A stretch of DNA of 64,000 nt. Origin: an uncultured Gemmatimonadales bacterium. Lineage in GTDB: Bacteria; Gemmatimonadota; Gemmatimonadetes; Gemmatimonadales; GWC2-71-9. The position numbers were made by a program, and so were the translations under genes. A model generated the notes under the pieces. It was given only the letters and a program-made list of their open reading frames with translations, did no database searches and was not told where the DNA came from. Below are positions 30,128-39,990 of this stretch, piece after piece. Each line of letters starts with the position of its first letter. Positions within the stretch are counted from its first letter, which is position 1. The stretch lies in contig CAVVHO010000009.1 in NCBI GenBank assembly GCA_963748035.1, positions 30,949 to 94,948 of the forward strand, given 5' to 3'.

Positions 30128-30541
30128 ATGCTTGCACCGAAGCGGGTCAAGTTCCGCAAGATGTTCAAGGGCCGGACGCGGGGCACCGCCATTCGCGGGA
30201 GCACCGTGGCGTTCGGGGAGTATGCGCTCGTGTCCCTGGAGCCGGGTTGGGTGAGCAACCGCCAGATCGAGGCGGCGCGCGTGGCGCTGACCCGCGAGAT
30301 GAAGCGCGGCGGCAAGGTCTGGATCCGGATCTTCCCGGACAAGCCCATCACCAAGAAGCCCGCCGAGACTCGCATGGGGAAGGGCAAGGGTAACCCGGAA
30401 GGCTGGGTGGCCGTGGTGAAGCCGGGCCGGGTGCTGTTTGAGGTCGAGGGTGTCGAGGTCACGCTGGCCAAAGTGGCGCTGGCTCTCGCGGCGGCGAAGT
30501 TGCCGGTGCGGACGCGCTTCATCAAGCGGGCGGAGGACTGA
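30128..30541 (+). CDS. rplP: 50S ribosomal protein L16
   Basis: [15 protein letters not shown]. Confidence 0.99.
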   Translation: MLAPKRVKFRKMFKGRTRGTAIRGSTVAFGEYALVSLEPGWVSNRQIEAARVALTREMKRGGKVWIRIFPDKPITKKPAETRMGKGKGNPEGWVAVVKPGRVLFEVEGVEVTLAKVALALAAAKLPVRTRFIKRAED

Positions 30542-30545
30542 CGCC

Positions 30546-30740
30546 ATGAAGACAAGCGAGTTGCACGAGCTGTCGGTCGACGATCTCAAGGCAAAACTCG
30601 CGGAGTTGACCGAGGAGCGCTTCCGGCTCCGGTTCCGGTCGGCGACCGAGTCGATCGAAAACCCGATGCGGTTCCGCCATCTCAGACGGGATATCGCGCG
30701 GATCAAGACCATGCTGCGGGCGAAGGAACTGGGGAGATAG
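30546..30740 (+). CDS. rpmC: 50S ribosomal protein L29
   Basis: ERFRLRF..ENPMRFRHLRRDIARIKT. Confidence 0.97.
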   Translation: MKTSELHELSVDDLKAKLAELTEERFRLRFRSATESIENPMRFRHLRRDIARIKTMLRAKELGR

Positions 30741-30745
30741 GAACG

Positions 30746-31018
30746 ATGACTGAACCGACGGCCGACACCCGCAAGCGGCGCAAGACCCGCCAAGGGGTGG
30801 TTACCAGCGACAAGATGACCAAGACGGTCACCGTGACGATGACCCGGCGCTTCGCGCACTTGGCCTACGGGAAGCAGATCACCCGTTCCACCAAAGTGAA
30901 GGCGCGGGACGACAAGTTCGGGGCCAAGCTGGGCGATACGGTGCGGATCATGGAGACCCGGCCGATCGCCAAGACGGTCTGTTGGCGGGTGGTGGAGATC
31001 GTGGAGCGAGCGAAGTAA
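30746..31018 (+). CDS. rpsQ: 30S ribosomal protein S17
   Basis: GVVTSDKMTKTVTV, GDTVRIMETRP. Confidence 0.97.
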   Translation: MTEPTADTRKRRKTRQGVVTSDKMTKTVTVTMTRRFAHLAYGKQITRSTKVKARDDKFGAKLGDTVRIMETRPIAKTVCWRVVEIVERAK

Positions 31019-31021
31019 GGA

Positions 31022-31095
31022 CGCCATCCGCCGTCCGCCATCCGTGTTGATGGCGACGACGCGATACTGACGGCGGACGGCGGACGGCGGACGGC
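31022..31095. repeat. Heptamer-repeat hairpin E6, (CGCCRTC)3...(GACGGCG)4
   Basis: CGCCATC CGCCGTC CGCCATC then GACGGCG x4. Confidence 0.9.
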
Positions 31096-31110
31096 TTCAT
31101 AGAGGCAGCG

Positions 31111-31479
31111 ATGATTCAACAGGAATCGATAGTCAAAGTGGCCGACAACTCCGGAGCCAGGAAGGCGCTGGTGATTCGGGTTCTGGGCGGCAGCAAGCGC
31201 CGCTATGGCGGCGTGGGCGACAAGGTTGTGGTCGCCATCAAGGATGCGATCCCGACCGGCCAGGTAAAGAAGGGCGACGTGGCCAAGGCGGTCATCGTCC
31301 GGACGGTCAAGGAGACTCGGCGCAAGGATGGCTCCTACATCCGATTCGACGAGAACGCGGTAGTGCTGATAACGGACCAGGGCGAGCCCCGGGCGACCCG
31401 TATCTTCGGGCCGGTGGCGCGCGAACTGCGCGAGAAGCGGTACATGAAGATCGTATCGCTGGCGCCGGAGGTACTCTGA
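31111..31479 (+). CDS. rplN: 50S ribosomal protein L14
   Basis: [26 protein letters not shown]. Confidence 0.99.
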   Translation: MIQQESIVKVADNSGARKALVIRVLGGSKRRYGGVGDKVVVAIKDAIPTGQVKKGDVAKAVIVRTVKETRRKDGSYIRFDENAVVLITDQGEPRATRIFGPVARELREKRYMKIVSLAPEVL

Positions 31480-31480
31480 G

Positions 31481-31861
31481 ATGAAGCCGCTGGTCTACCG
31501 GAAGGCAAAGCGTGTGCGGCATCGGCCGCCGGTCCGCCAGACGCTGCATGTCACCAAGGGTGATACCGTGCAGGTGCTCTCGGGCGATGACAAGGGGCGG
31601 CGCGGCAAGGTCATCCGGGTCTATCCCAAGACCGGCCGTGTGGCCGTTGAAGGGGTGAACGTGATCACCAAGCACCAGCGCCCGACTCAGGGAGCGCCCG
31701 GTGGAATCATCAAGCGCGAAGCGCCGGTTCACCACTCGAAACTGATGTTGATCGACCCCAAGTCGGGGGAACCGACCCGTATCCGCCGGCAGAAGGACGC
31801 GGACGGCACGCTGGAGCGGATCGCGGTGAAGTCGGGCCAGTCCATTCCGAGGAACCGCTGA
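31481..31861 (+). CDS. rplX: 50S ribosomal protein L24
   Basis: [25 protein letters not shown]. Confidence 0.98.
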   Translation: MKPLVYRKAKRVRHRPPVRQTLHVTKGDTVQVLSGDDKGRRGKVIRVYPKTGRVAVEGVNVITKHQRPTQGAPGGIIKREAPVHHSKLMLIDPKSGEPTRIRRQKDADGTLERIAVKSGQSIPRNR

Positions 31862-31863
31862 CG

Positions 31864-32565
31864 ATGGCCGAGACAAAGGACAAGGCGGACAAAGCCCCGA
31901 AGGCCCCCAAGGCCCCCAAGGCGGATGCGCCGAAGCAGCAGAAGGGCGGCAAGGACAAGGGCGTCGCCATGGCAACCGATCCGGCGCCGAAGTCAGCCGA
32001 CGGTGTGCCGCGGCTCAAGACGTATTACGAGAAGACGATCCGGCCGAACCTGACCAAGCAGTTCGGCCTCGGCAACCCGCATGAAGTCCCGCGGCTGGTG
32101 AAGATCGTGCTGAATGTGGGTATGGGCGAAGGGGCCAAGAATCCCAAGCTCATCGACGCAGTGGTCGAGGAGCTCGCGATCATCACCGGCCAGCGGCCGG
32201 TGGTTCGACGCTCCAAGAAGGCGATCGCGAACTTCGGACTCCGGGAGAACCAGCCGGTGGGCGTATCGGTCACGCTGCGGAACGCGCGGATGTACGAGTT
32301 CCTGGACCGATTCGTCAATGTGGCGGTTCCGCGGGTGCGAGATTTCCGCGGGCTGTCGAACAAGAGCTTCGACGGCAACGGGAATTACACCGTGGGTGTG
32401 AAAGAGCAGATGATCTTCGCCGAGATCGACTTCGACAAGGTCGAGAAGATCCACGGGATGGACATTACGCTTGTGACCACGGCGGGCCGGGACGATCTGG
32501 CGATGGCATTGTTGCGGGAATTCGGATGGCCATTCCGGGGGGAGACGCCGCTGGCGGTTGCGTAG
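31864..32565 (+). CDS. rplE: 50S ribosomal protein L5 with N-terminal extension
   Basis: KIVLNVGMG, PRVRDFRG, FDGNGNY. Confidence 0.98.
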   Translation: MAETKDKADKAPKAPKAPKADAPKQQKGGKDKGVAMATDPAPKSADGVPRLKTYYEKTIRPNLTKQFGLGNPHEVPRLVKIVLNVGMGEGAKNPKLIDAVVEELAIITGQRPVVRRSKKAIANFGLRENQPVGVSVTLRNARMYEFLDRFVNVAVPRVRDFRGLSNKSFDGNGNYTVGVKEQMIFAEIDFDKVEKIHGMDITLVTTAGRDDLAMALLREFGWPFRGETPLAVA

Positions 32566-32640
32566 GAGAGTGAGAAGTGAGACGTGAGAAGGGGTTGCAA
32601 GAAGAGGCGGACGATCGCCGCTCACTTCTTACTTCTAACT
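32566..32640. repeat. Heptamer-repeat hairpin E7, (AGTGAGA)n...(CTCACTT)n
   Basis: AGTGAGA AGTGAGA CGTGAGA then CTCACTT CTTACTT CTAACT. Confidence 0.85.
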
Positions 32641-32659
32641 GATTAGTCGAGGAGCTCAG

Positions 32660-32845
32660 ATGGCGAAGACGTGTTGGATCGAGCGGGCCAAGCGCACGCC
32701 GAAGTTCAAGGTCCGGGGGGTGCGGCGCTGTCAGCGCTGCGGCCGCAGCCGGGCTGTCCTGAGGAAGTTCGGCCTGTGCCGGATCTGCTTCCGCGAAAAG
32801 GCGCTACGGGGAGAGATCCCCGGTGTGCGCAAGGCGAGCTGGTAG
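32660..32845 (+). CDS. rpsZ: 30S ribosomal protein S14, zinc-binding type Z
   Basis: 61 aa, [23 protein letters not shown]. Confidence 0.97.
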   Translation: MAKTCWIERAKRTPKFKVRGVRRCQRCGRSRAVLRKFGLCRICFREKALRGEIPGVRKASW

Positions 32846-32858
32846 GGGAGCGTAAACG

Positions 32859-33254
32859 ATGAGCATGACTGATCCTGTCGCGGATATGCTGACCCGCGTC
32901 CGCAACGCCTGCGCTGCCGGCCACCGGCGCGTGGACGTCCCGGTGAGCAAGCTCAAGAGCGAGCTCGCCCGGCTGCTGCGTGACAACCACTACATCGCGG
33001 ACTACAAGATCCTCGATGACGGCGCGCGTGGCGTCCTGCGGTTGTACCTCAAGTACCACGGCGACCAGCCGGTCATCCGCGAGCTGAAGCGGGTTTCCTC
33101 TCCAGGGCTTCGGCGCTACGTGAAGTCGCGCGAGATCCCTCGGGTGAAGAACGGCCTCGGCATGGCGATCGTGTCCACGCCCAAGGGGCTGATGAGCGAC
33201 CGCGACGCGCGGTCGGCGAACCTCGGCGGCGAACTCGTCGCCGTTGTCTGGTAA
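32859..33254 (+). CDS. rpsH: 30S ribosomal protein S8
   Basis: DPVADMLTRVRNA, SSPGLRRY, STPKG. Confidence 0.99.
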   Translation: MSMTDPVADMLTRVRNACAAGHRRVDVPVSKLKSELARLLRDNHYIADYKILDDGARGVLRLYLKYHGDQPVIRELKRVSSPGLRRYVKSREIPRVKNGLGMAIVSTPKGLMSDRDARSANLGGELVAVVW

Positions 33255-33263
33255 GAGGCGAGC

Positions 33264-33803
33264 ATGTCGCGTATCGGTAGACGGCCGGTGGTGGTGCCGA
33301 AAGGCGTCACCGTGGCCCTGAACGGGCAGACCCTCTCGGTGAAGGGGCCCAAGGGCGAACTCTCCCGGGTCTTTCATCCCGAGATGAAGCTCGTGCTGGA
33401 GGGAGAACAGGTGCTGGTCTCCCGTCCCACCGAGGAGGCCCGTCACAAGGCCCTTCATGGCCTGAGTCGCACCCTGGTGCAGAACATGGTGGACGGGGTG
33501 TCCAAGGGGTTCACCAAGGTGCTCGAGATCCAGGGTGTCGGCTACAAGGCGGAGACGAAACCCTTTGGCCTGCAGCTCGCTCTCGGATTCTCCCATCCGG
33601 TGCAGTACAAGGCTCCAGCGGGAATCAAGTTCACGGTGGACAACAACACCATCGTGAAGATCGAGGGGCCCGACAAGGAGATGGTGGGACAGGTAGCGGC
33701 CGAACTCCGCAGTCTGCGCAAGCCGGAGCCCTACAAGGGCAAGGGTGTGCGCTACCAGGGTGAAGTCGTCCGCCGCAAGGCTGGCAAGACAGGAGCCAAG
33801 TAA
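33264..33803 (+). CDS. rplF: 50S ribosomal protein L6
   Basis: [17 protein letters not shown]. Confidence 0.99.
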   Translation: MSRIGRRPVVVPKGVTVALNGQTLSVKGPKGELSRVFHPEMKLVLEGEQVLVSRPTEEARHKALHGLSRTLVQNMVDGVSKGFTKVLEIQGVGYKAETKPFGLQLALGFSHPVQYKAPAGIKFTVDNNTIVKIEGPDKEMVGQVAAELRSLRKPEPYKGKGVRYQGEVVRRKAGKTGAK

Positions 33804-33805
33804 CC

Positions 33806-34177
33806 ATGCGTGCAGTCAAGTCGCCCTCCACGCGCCACGAGCTACGGGCCCGCCGTCATCTCCGGGTGAGGAAGAAGGTCGCAGGCACCGCAGAGCGGCC
33901 TCGGCTAGTCGTCTTCCGGTCGCTCAAGCACATCTACGCCCAGCTGGTGGACGACGAGCGCGGCGTGTGCCTGCTGGGCGTGGGTGACAGCTCCGAGGGC
34001 GTTGCAAGCGATGGGGCGGGAAAGGTTGGCAAGGCCAAGAGCACCGGCAAGGCGCTCGCGGCGAGAGCCAAGGCCGCCGGCATCAGCAAGGTGGTCTTTG
34101 ACCGCGGCGGATACCGGTATCACGGACGAGTGAAGGCCGTCGCCGACGGCGCACGCGAAGGCGGACTGGAGTTCTAA
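33806..34177 (+). CDS. rplR: 50S ribosomal protein L18
   Basis: [29 protein letters not shown]. Confidence 0.99.
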   Translation: MRAVKSPSTRHELRARRHLRVRKKVAGTAERPRLVVFRSLKHIYAQLVDDERGVCLLGVGDSSEGVASDGAGKVGKAKSTGKALAARAKAAGISKVVFDRGGYRYHGRVKAVADGAREGGLEF

Positions 34178-34178
34178 T

Positions 34179-34862
34179 ATGGCGGACGAACAGACTACGA
34201 CAGGTGGTGAACCCACGAGCGCTCCGGCCAGCCCCCCGACGGGAGACTCTCGGGGACGTGGCGGTCGAGGCGGCGGGCGTGGCGGGCAGGGCGGCGGGCG
34301 CGGCGGCCAGGGTGGCGGACGCGGCGGGAAACGCGGCGACCGGGGTCGAGATCAGGACCGTGAGCACAGCGAATTCGTCGAGAACGTGGTCGCGATCAAT
34401 CGCGTTGCCAAGGTCGTCAAGGGCGGGCGCCGGTTCTCCTTCAATGCCCTCGTCGCGGTCGGCGATCGCAAGGGCAAGGTAGGCATCGCGACGGGCAAGG
34501 CCAACGAGGTCTCGGAGGCCGTCCGCAAGGCGGTCGAGGCGGCCAAGCGGAACATGGTGGAACTGCCCCGGGTCGGCGCGACGATCCCGCATGAAGTGTT
34601 GGGCACGCATGGGGCTGGCAAGGTCCTGCTCAAGCCCGCAACCACCGGTACCGGCGTCATTGCCGGCGGGCCGGTCCGGGCGGTGCTCGAGTGCGCCGGG
34701 ATCACCGATATCCTGACCAAGAGCCTCGGCTCCAACAACCCGCACAACGTCGTGCGCGCCACGCTCAACGGGCTCCAGCTGCTGGTGACGGCGCGCCAGG
34801 TCGCCCGCGAGCGGGGTATCGAGGTGGATCAGATCGCTTATCGCGCCCCGCAGGAGGTCTGA
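34179..34862 (+). CDS. rpsE: 30S ribosomal protein S5
   Basis: [24 protein letters not shown]; Gly/Arg-rich N-terminus. Confidence 0.99.
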   Translation: MADEQTTTGGEPTSAPASPPTGDSRGRGGRGGGRGGQGGGRGGQGGGRGGKRGDRGRDQDREHSEFVENVVAINRVAKVVKGGRRFSFNALVAVGDRKGKVGIATGKANEVSEAVRKAVEAAKRNMVELPRVGATIPHEVLGTHGAGKVLLKPATTGTGVIAGGPVRAVLECAGITDILTKSLGSNNPHNVVRATLNGLQLLVTARQVARERGIEVDQIAYRAPQEV

Positions 34863-34865
34863 GTC

Positions 34866-35126
34866 ATGGGACGCAATCCGGTAGTGGGGCGGCAGGGCCC
34901 GGCGTATCACGCCGCCGTCATTCCGGCGGAAAAAGAGGCAAAGCGCCTGCTAGTGAAGCAGATCCGTTCGGGGATCGGCCATCCGGCAACGTTGCGGCGG
35001 ACGCTCATAGCCCTCGGGCTCAAGCGGCACCAGTCGGTGTCAACCCTGCCGAACAACGCGGGGGTCCGCGGTATGCTGTTCAAGGTGCGTCACCTCGTCG
35101 AGGTGACGCCGGCCCGGGAGAAGTAA
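34866..35126 (+). CDS. rpmD: 50S ribosomal protein L30
   Basis: VKQIRSGIG..TLIALGLKR..VRGMLFKVRHLVEV. Confidence 0.95.
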   Translation: MGRNPVVGRQGPAYHAAVIPAEKEAKRLLVKQIRSGIGHPATLRRTLIALGLKRHQSVSTLPNNAGVRGMLFKVRHLVEVTPAREK

Positions 35127-35606
35127 ATGGCGGAGAAGTCGGAGAAGACCGTGAAGAAGGCTGCCCCGGTCAGCTTGTCCACGCTGCGGCCGGCCCGTGG
35201 GGCCAGCAAGAACAAGATGCGAGTGGGTCGCGGGCCAGGGTCGGGCAAGGGCAAGACCTCGGGGCGCGGCCACAAGGGCCACAAGGCGCGTCAGGCCGGT
35301 GAGACCAACCCCGGCTTCGAAGGCGGGCAGATGCCGCTGTACCGGCGCTTGCCCAAGCGCGGGTTCACCAACCCGTTCAAGGTTCACGCGCAGCCGGTCA
35401 ACCTGAAGGACCTCGGCAGGCTCACGGCGACCGAGGTGAACCCCGACACCCTGCTCGCCGCCGGGCTGATTTCGCATCGCGACGCGCCGGTGAAGCTTCT
35501 CGGGACCGGTGAAGCCTCCCGGGCGTACGTCGTCAACGGGGTCAGGCTTTCCGGTTCAGCTCGCAGCAAGATCGAACAGGCGGGCGGGAAGATCGCCGCA
35601 AAATGA
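35127..35606 (+). CDS. rplO: 50S ribosomal protein L15
   Basis: GRGPGSGKGKTSGRGHKG, FEGGQMPL. Confidence 0.99.
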   Translation: MAEKSEKTVKKAAPVSLSTLRPARGASKNKMRVGRGPGSGKGKTSGRGHKGHKARQAGETNPGFEGGQMPLYRRLPKRGFTNPFKVHAQPVNLKDLGRLTATEVNPDTLLAAGLISHRDAPVKLLGTGEASRAYVVNGVRLSGSARSKIEQAGGKIAAK

Positions 35607-36916
35607 CCGCTGCGACCAGGCCCAGCTTTGGGATGGATCCGGAGCTGCAGCGGAAGATCGGTTTCACGCTGCTTGCGCTGGTGATCTACCGAGTGGGCGC
35701 GCACATCTTCGCGCCCGGCGTGAACGTCCAGGCGGTGACCGACTTCATTCGCAACTCGGCTGCCGCCGGCTTCTTTGGCCTGTACGACACGCTCGGCGGC
35801 GGCCTCAGTCGAGCGACGGTCTTTGCCCTGGGCATCATGCCCTACATCTCAGCCTCCATCATCTTCCAGCTCGCGGGTGGCATCGTGCCCTCGGTGGGCA
35901 AGATGCAGAAGGATGAGGAAGGCAAGAAGAAGCTCACCCAATGGACCCGGTACCTGACGGTCGGCATCGCGCTGACGCAGGCCTACACCTTTGCCGTGTT
36001 CACCGAGTCCATCCCCGGTGCCGTCCCCAATCCGACCTTCTGGACCAGGCTGGCGATGGTGGTGGTGCTCACCACCGGCGCGGTGTTCGTCATGTGGCTC
36101 GGCGAGCAGATCACCGAGCGCGGCATCGGCAACGGAATGAGCCTCCTGATCACCTTCTCGATCCTTGACCGGCTATGGCCGGGCCTGGTGCAGATGGCCG
36201 GGTTTTGGAAGACCGGTGCGCTCTCCCTGGGCAAGATCGTGCTGTTCGGGGCGATCCTGCTGGGAGCGGTGACCGCGGTGACGGCGATGCAGCTGGCGGC
36301 GCGACGGATTCCGGTACAGATCCCGAGGAAGGTCATGGGCCGGGGACGCATGACCCAGGGCCAGAAGACCTTCATTCCGATTCGGCTGATAACGGCCGGC
36401 GTGATGCCGATCGTCTTCGCCCAGACGATCATCATCGTTCCGGGAACGATCGCGAGCTTCTCGGGGACCCCGTGGGCCCGTTCCATCGCCGATTTCTTCT
36501 CACCCGGCGAGCTACCCTACGACCTGACGTTCGCCGTGTTGATCCTGCTATTCAGCTACTTCTATACATCCATCATCTTCAATTCGGTGGATCTGGCGGA
36601 GAATCTGAAGAAGCAGGGAGGGTTCATCCCCGGAGTGAAGCCTGGGGCAAGCACGGCTGACTACATCGACAATGTGTTGGCGCGGGTGACACTGCCTGGG
36701 GCACTGTTCCTGGCCGCGATCGCGCTGGTCCCGGTGACTCTTACGAAGAACCTCGGCTTTCAGCAGCAGTTCGGCGGTACGTCAGTGTTGATCGTCGTCG
36801 GCGTTCTGCTCGACACCATCGCCCAGATCCAGCAGCATCTTACCCTGCGCAAGTACGACAGCTTCATGAAGGCAGGACGCATCAAGTTCCGGGGCCGCCA
36901 GCAGCGGTTCATGTAA
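35603..36916 (+). CDS. secY: Preprotein translocase SecY
   Basis: FALGIMPYISASII, WLGEQITERGIGNG, GFIPGVKPG. Confidence 0.99.
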   Translation: MTAATRPSFGMDPELQRKIGFTLLALVIYRVGAHIFAPGVNVQAVTDFIRNSAAAGFFGLYDTLGGGLSRATVFALGIMPYISASIIFQLAGGIVPSVGKMQKDEEGKKKLTQWTRYLTVGIALTQAYTFAVFTESIPGAVPNPTFWTRLAMVVVLTTGAVFVMWLGEQITERGIGNGMSLLITFSILDRLWPGLVQMAGFWKTGALSLGKIVLFGAILLGAVTAVTAMQLAARRIPVQIPRKVMGRGRMTQGQKTFIPIRLITAGVMPIVFAQTIIIVPGTIASFSGTPWARSIADFFSPGELPYDLTFAVLILLFSYFYTSIIFNSVDLAENLKKQGGFIPGVKPGASTADYIDNVLARVTLPGALFLAAIALVPVTLTKNLGFQQQFGGTSVLIVVGVLLDTIAQIQQHLTLRKYDSFMKAGRIKFRGRQQRFM

Positions 36917-36928
36917 AGGAGTCGCGCC

Positions 36929-36995
36929 AGTGAGAAGTGAGAAGTGAGAAGTATAGAGTGGGCATCCCACCTCATACTTCTCACTTCTGACTTTC
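36929..36995. repeat. Heptamer-repeat hairpin E8, (AGTGAGA)3...(ACTTCTC)n
   Basis: AGTGAGA x3, an inner stem, then ACTTCTC ACTTCTG ACTTTC. Confidence 0.9.
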
Positions 36996-37022
36996 AGAGA
37001 TACCGAAAGGACAGCCCTCGTC

Positions 37023-37586
37023 ATGGACATCCTTCTCCTCGGGCCGCCGGGTGCGGGCAAGGGCACTCAGGGTGCGTTGCTGGCCGGGCGCCTAGGCCTC
37101 CCCAAGTTTGCCACTGGTGACCTGCTGCGTGATGCGGTGAAGCGTGGCACTCCCGTCGGCCTCATGGCCAAGGCCGTCATGGAAGCGGGCCAACTGGTGA
37201 GCGACGAGATCATCATGGGGGTGGTCCGGGAGGAGCTTGGCAAGCCCGAGGCGAAGAATGGCGTCATCTTTGACGGTGTAGTGCGGACAGTCCCCCAGGC
37301 CGAAGGCGTCACCAGGCTCCTGTTGGAGCTGGGCCGCAAAATGGATTACGTCCTGTTCTTCGACGTGCCAGACGCGGAAATTCTCTCACGCATCGACAAG
37401 CGTCGCGGCATTGAAGGCCGCGCTGACGATGATCCCAAGGCCGTCGCCATTCGTCTCAAGGCATACCGCGACCAAACCGCGCCGGTGCTGGAGTGGTTTC
37501 GGGGGCGGGGTGGGGTCCATCTGATCCCCGCGGTAGGCAAGATCGAGGGGATTGCGGACGACGTAAGACGGATACTGGGTCGGTAA
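37023..37586 (+). CDS. adk: Adenylate kinase, short-LID type
   Basis: GPPGAGKGTQ, TGDLLR, GRADD; no zinc LID domain. Confidence 0.96.
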   Translation: MDILLLGPPGAGKGTQGALLAGRLGLPKFATGDLLRDAVKRGTPVGLMAKAVMEAGQLVSDEIIMGVVREELGKPEAKNGVIFDGVVRTVPQAEGVTRLLLELGRKMDYVLFFDVPDAEILSRIDKRRGIEGRADDDPKAVAIRLKAYRDQTAPVLEWFRGRGGVHLIPAVGKIEGIADDVRRILGR

Positions 37587-37665
37587 ATGGGCCTGGCGCC
37601 ATGAGCCGTAAATGGACCGGACCCAGGCCCAACGGATGGCGGACTGGCAACCGCTGACGGCTATC

Positions 37666-38433
37666 ATGATCACCATCAAATCGCCCCGAGAGATAGAAAC
37701 GATGGCCCGAGCCGGGCGCATCGTGTGTGAGACCCTCGCCCTGATGGAGCGCTCGGTTCACCCAGGCATGACAACCCTCGAACTGGACACGCTGGCCGAG
37801 GAGTTCATCCGCAGCCACCCAGGGGCTCGCCCTTCGTTCAAGGGCCTGTACGGATTTCCCAAGACCCTTTGCACATCGATCAACGAAGAGATTGTGCACG
37901 GCATCCCGAGCGCCAAGCGAGTGCTGCGAGAGGGGAATATCGTGAGCATTGATGTGGGCGTGCAGTTGGACGGGTTGCACGCTGACTCTGCGACGACCGT
38001 GGGCGTGGGAGAGATTTCCCCGGACGCGACCCGGCTCCTTGCGGTCACCCAGGAGAGCTTGGCGGCGGGAATCGAACAGGCCAGGGTCGGCAACCATGTG
38101 GGAGACATCGGCCACGCCGTGCAGACAATTGCGGAAAAGGCGGGCTTCGGCGTCGTCCGGGAACTGGTGGGGCACGGGATCGGCACCCAGTTCCACGAGG
38201 AGCCGCAGGTGCCCAACCACGGTCAGCCCAAGCGTGGTCCCAGGCTGCTCGAAGGGATGACCATCGCGATCGAGCCGATGATTACAGCCGGTCACTATGC
38301 CACCCGGACACTACCCGACAAATGGACGGTGGTCACCGCCGACGGCAGTCTGGCGGCACACTTCGAACATACGGTGGCGATTACCGGGAACGGGCCTCGG
38401 ATCCTGACGAACGGAAATGACAGTCAGCAGTGA
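37666..38433 (+). CDS. map: Methionine aminopeptidase type I
   Basis: SINEEIVHGIP, GHGIG..HEEP, AHFEHT. Confidence 0.98.
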   Translation: MITIKSPREIETMARAGRIVCETLALMERSVHPGMTTLELDTLAEEFIRSHPGARPSFKGLYGFPKTLCTSINEEIVHGIPSAKRVLREGNIVSIDVGVQLDGLHADSATTVGVGEISPDATRLLAVTQESLAAGIEQARVGNHVGDIGHAVQTIAEKAGFGVVRELVGHGIGTQFHEEPQVPNHGQPKRGPRLLEGMTIAIEPMITAGHYATRTLPDKWTVVTADGSLAAHFEHTVAITGNGPRILTNGNDSQQ

Positions 38434-38615
38434 GAAGTGAGAAGTGAGAGGTAAGAAGTGAGAAGTGAGAAGGCGTTGGGTGAAAGCGAGGCGGTAATCT
38501 GGACAAGACTGCTGCTCACTTCTCACTGCTCACTTCTCACTTCTCACCTCTCACCTCACTCTCTCACCTCACCTCTCACCTCTCACCTCTCACCTCTCAC
38601 CTCTCACTTCTCACC
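38429..38615. repeat. Heptamer-repeat hairpin E9 (largest), (AGTGAGA)6...(CTCACYT) about 14 units
   Basis: Six left units, about 40-nt spacer, long right arm of CTCACTT/CTCACCT units. Confidence 0.95.
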
Positions 38616-39212
38616 CTCGCCCTGCTTCTCATCCACCATCAGCCGCACGTCGCGCGCTGCCCGCTGGGTTTCGCGCAACACCACCTCAGATTCATCCAGC
38701 AGCAGGCGGAGCCGCGCCGGCCTGCCCGCGGCCACCACATTCAACCGCAGGTTGATGAGCGAGCCCGCAGCGGCCGCGGCGGCCACCAGCGCCGCCATCA
38801 GGCTATCGGCGATGGCCGAGGATGGGCCTTCACGGGCGGCCCGACGAGCTAACTGCGCCACCTGGAGGCATTCTCTTACCACCTCGGCCGGGACTCGAGC
38901 CGCTTCCCTCCAAGCCGCCTCCAGGGAGGCTGCATCCTTCGCCCTACGTGCCTCGATGACCAATTGAAAGGCAGCAGCGTCTTCTTCTGCGAGCCTCATG
39001 AGCCGGAGACGCACGGCATCGGCTTGTTCAACCAGCTGCTGTAAGGATGCCGGGTCGCTTGGCGATGTCCGCCCCAGCGCGACCCTGGCGACCATGGCGG
39101 GGAGGGCAGCGGCAAGGGCACCCGCAATAGCGGCTACCGCGCCGCCGCCTGGCGTCGGGGTTCCGGCCGCGACACGGTCACCGAACGAGGCGATCGATTC
39201 CGGATCAGGCAG
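38604..39212 (-). CDS. Formiminotetrahydrofolate cyclodeaminase family protein
   Basis: TPTPGGGAVAA, AEEDAAAF, AARVPAEV, INLRLN; start probably CTG after a GGAGG SD. Confidence 0.85.
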   Translation of the reverse strand: MPDPESIASFGDRVAAGTPTPGGGAVAAIAGALAAALPAMVARVALGRTSPSDPASLQQLVEQADAVRLRLMRLAEEDAAAFQLVIEARRAKDAASLEAAWREAARVPAEVVRECLQVAQLARRAAREGPSSAIADSLMAALVAAAAAAGSLINLRLNVVAAGRPARLRLLLDESEVVLRETQRAARDVRLMVDEKQGEGEK

Positions 39213-39990
39213 AGAGCACCTCCAGCAGCCAACGGTGGATGGCGGGGTTCCCCGCCACGATTTCGCCATGCTCCACGCCGAGGTCGCGCCCCGTTGGGTC
39301 GGTGACCAGGCCCCCGGCTTCGCGTACCAGCAAGGTGCCCGCCGCAGTATCCCAGGCCGAGAGCCGGTGCTCCCAGAACCCGTCGAAACGACCTGCGGCT
39401 ACATCCGCCAGATCGATTGCCGCCGAACCCGGGCGTCGAACCCCTGTCGCCCCGGATAGCACCCGCGAGAGCTGTTGGAGGTATTGATCGAGGCGATCGA
39501 AACCCAGGTAGGGAAAACCGGTTCCGATCAGTGCATGGGCCGGATCAGTTATCGACGAGACGGCAAGCCTATGCCCCGCTTCCCAAGTCCCGCCACCCCG
39601 GGTGGCCGTGGTCAGGCGGTCGAGCGGAACGTGAAGCACGGCTCCCGCCTCCAACTGTCCATCGACCGCCGCGGCGATGGAAACGGCGAACGCGGGGAAG
39701 CCGTGCAGGAAGTTGGTCGTGCCGTCGAGCGGATCCACGATCCACACCAGGCCACCGTTCACTACTTCCGGGCTCAGCTCCTCCCCGACGACGCGGGAAC
39801 CCGGTGCCGCCTCTGCAAGCATCCGGGTGATGATCTGCTCCGATCCGCGGTCCACGTCGGTTGCCCAGTCGGCACGTCCTTTGGAGGTCCAGCCGGCCGG
39901 GTCGTGGGGCCGATCTGCGGCGCGCAGATAGGCTCCCGCGGCCTTCGCAGCCGCTACGGCGATAGTCAGTAAGTCGTTGGCCGATGGCAT
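39205..39990 (-). CDS. suhB: Inositol monophosphatase family protein
   Basis: WIVDPLDGTTNF, GSAAIDL, WDTAAG. Confidence 0.92.
   Translation of the reverse strand: MPSANDLLTIAVAAAKAAGAYLRAADRPHDPAGWTSKGRADWATDVDRGSEQIITRMLAEAAPGSRVVGEELSPEVVNGGLVWIVDPLDGTTNFLHGFPAFAVSIAAAVDGQLEAGAVLHVPLDRLTTATRGGGTWEAGHRLAVSSITDPAHALIGTGFPYLGFDRLDQYLQQLSRVLSGATGVRRPGSAAIDLADVAAGRFDGFWEHRLSAWDTAAGTLLVREAGGLVTDPTGRDLGVEHGEIVAGNPAIHRWLLEVLSA

Noticed and set aside
37587-37665. A fourteenth repeat element between adk and map
   Set aside because: There is a GGGCCTGG/CCAGGCCC stem and only a trace of heptamer-like sequence; too degenerate to count.
38458-38967. ORF with LTSH repeats
   Set aside because: Translation of the heptamer array plus antisense of the cyclodeaminase gene.
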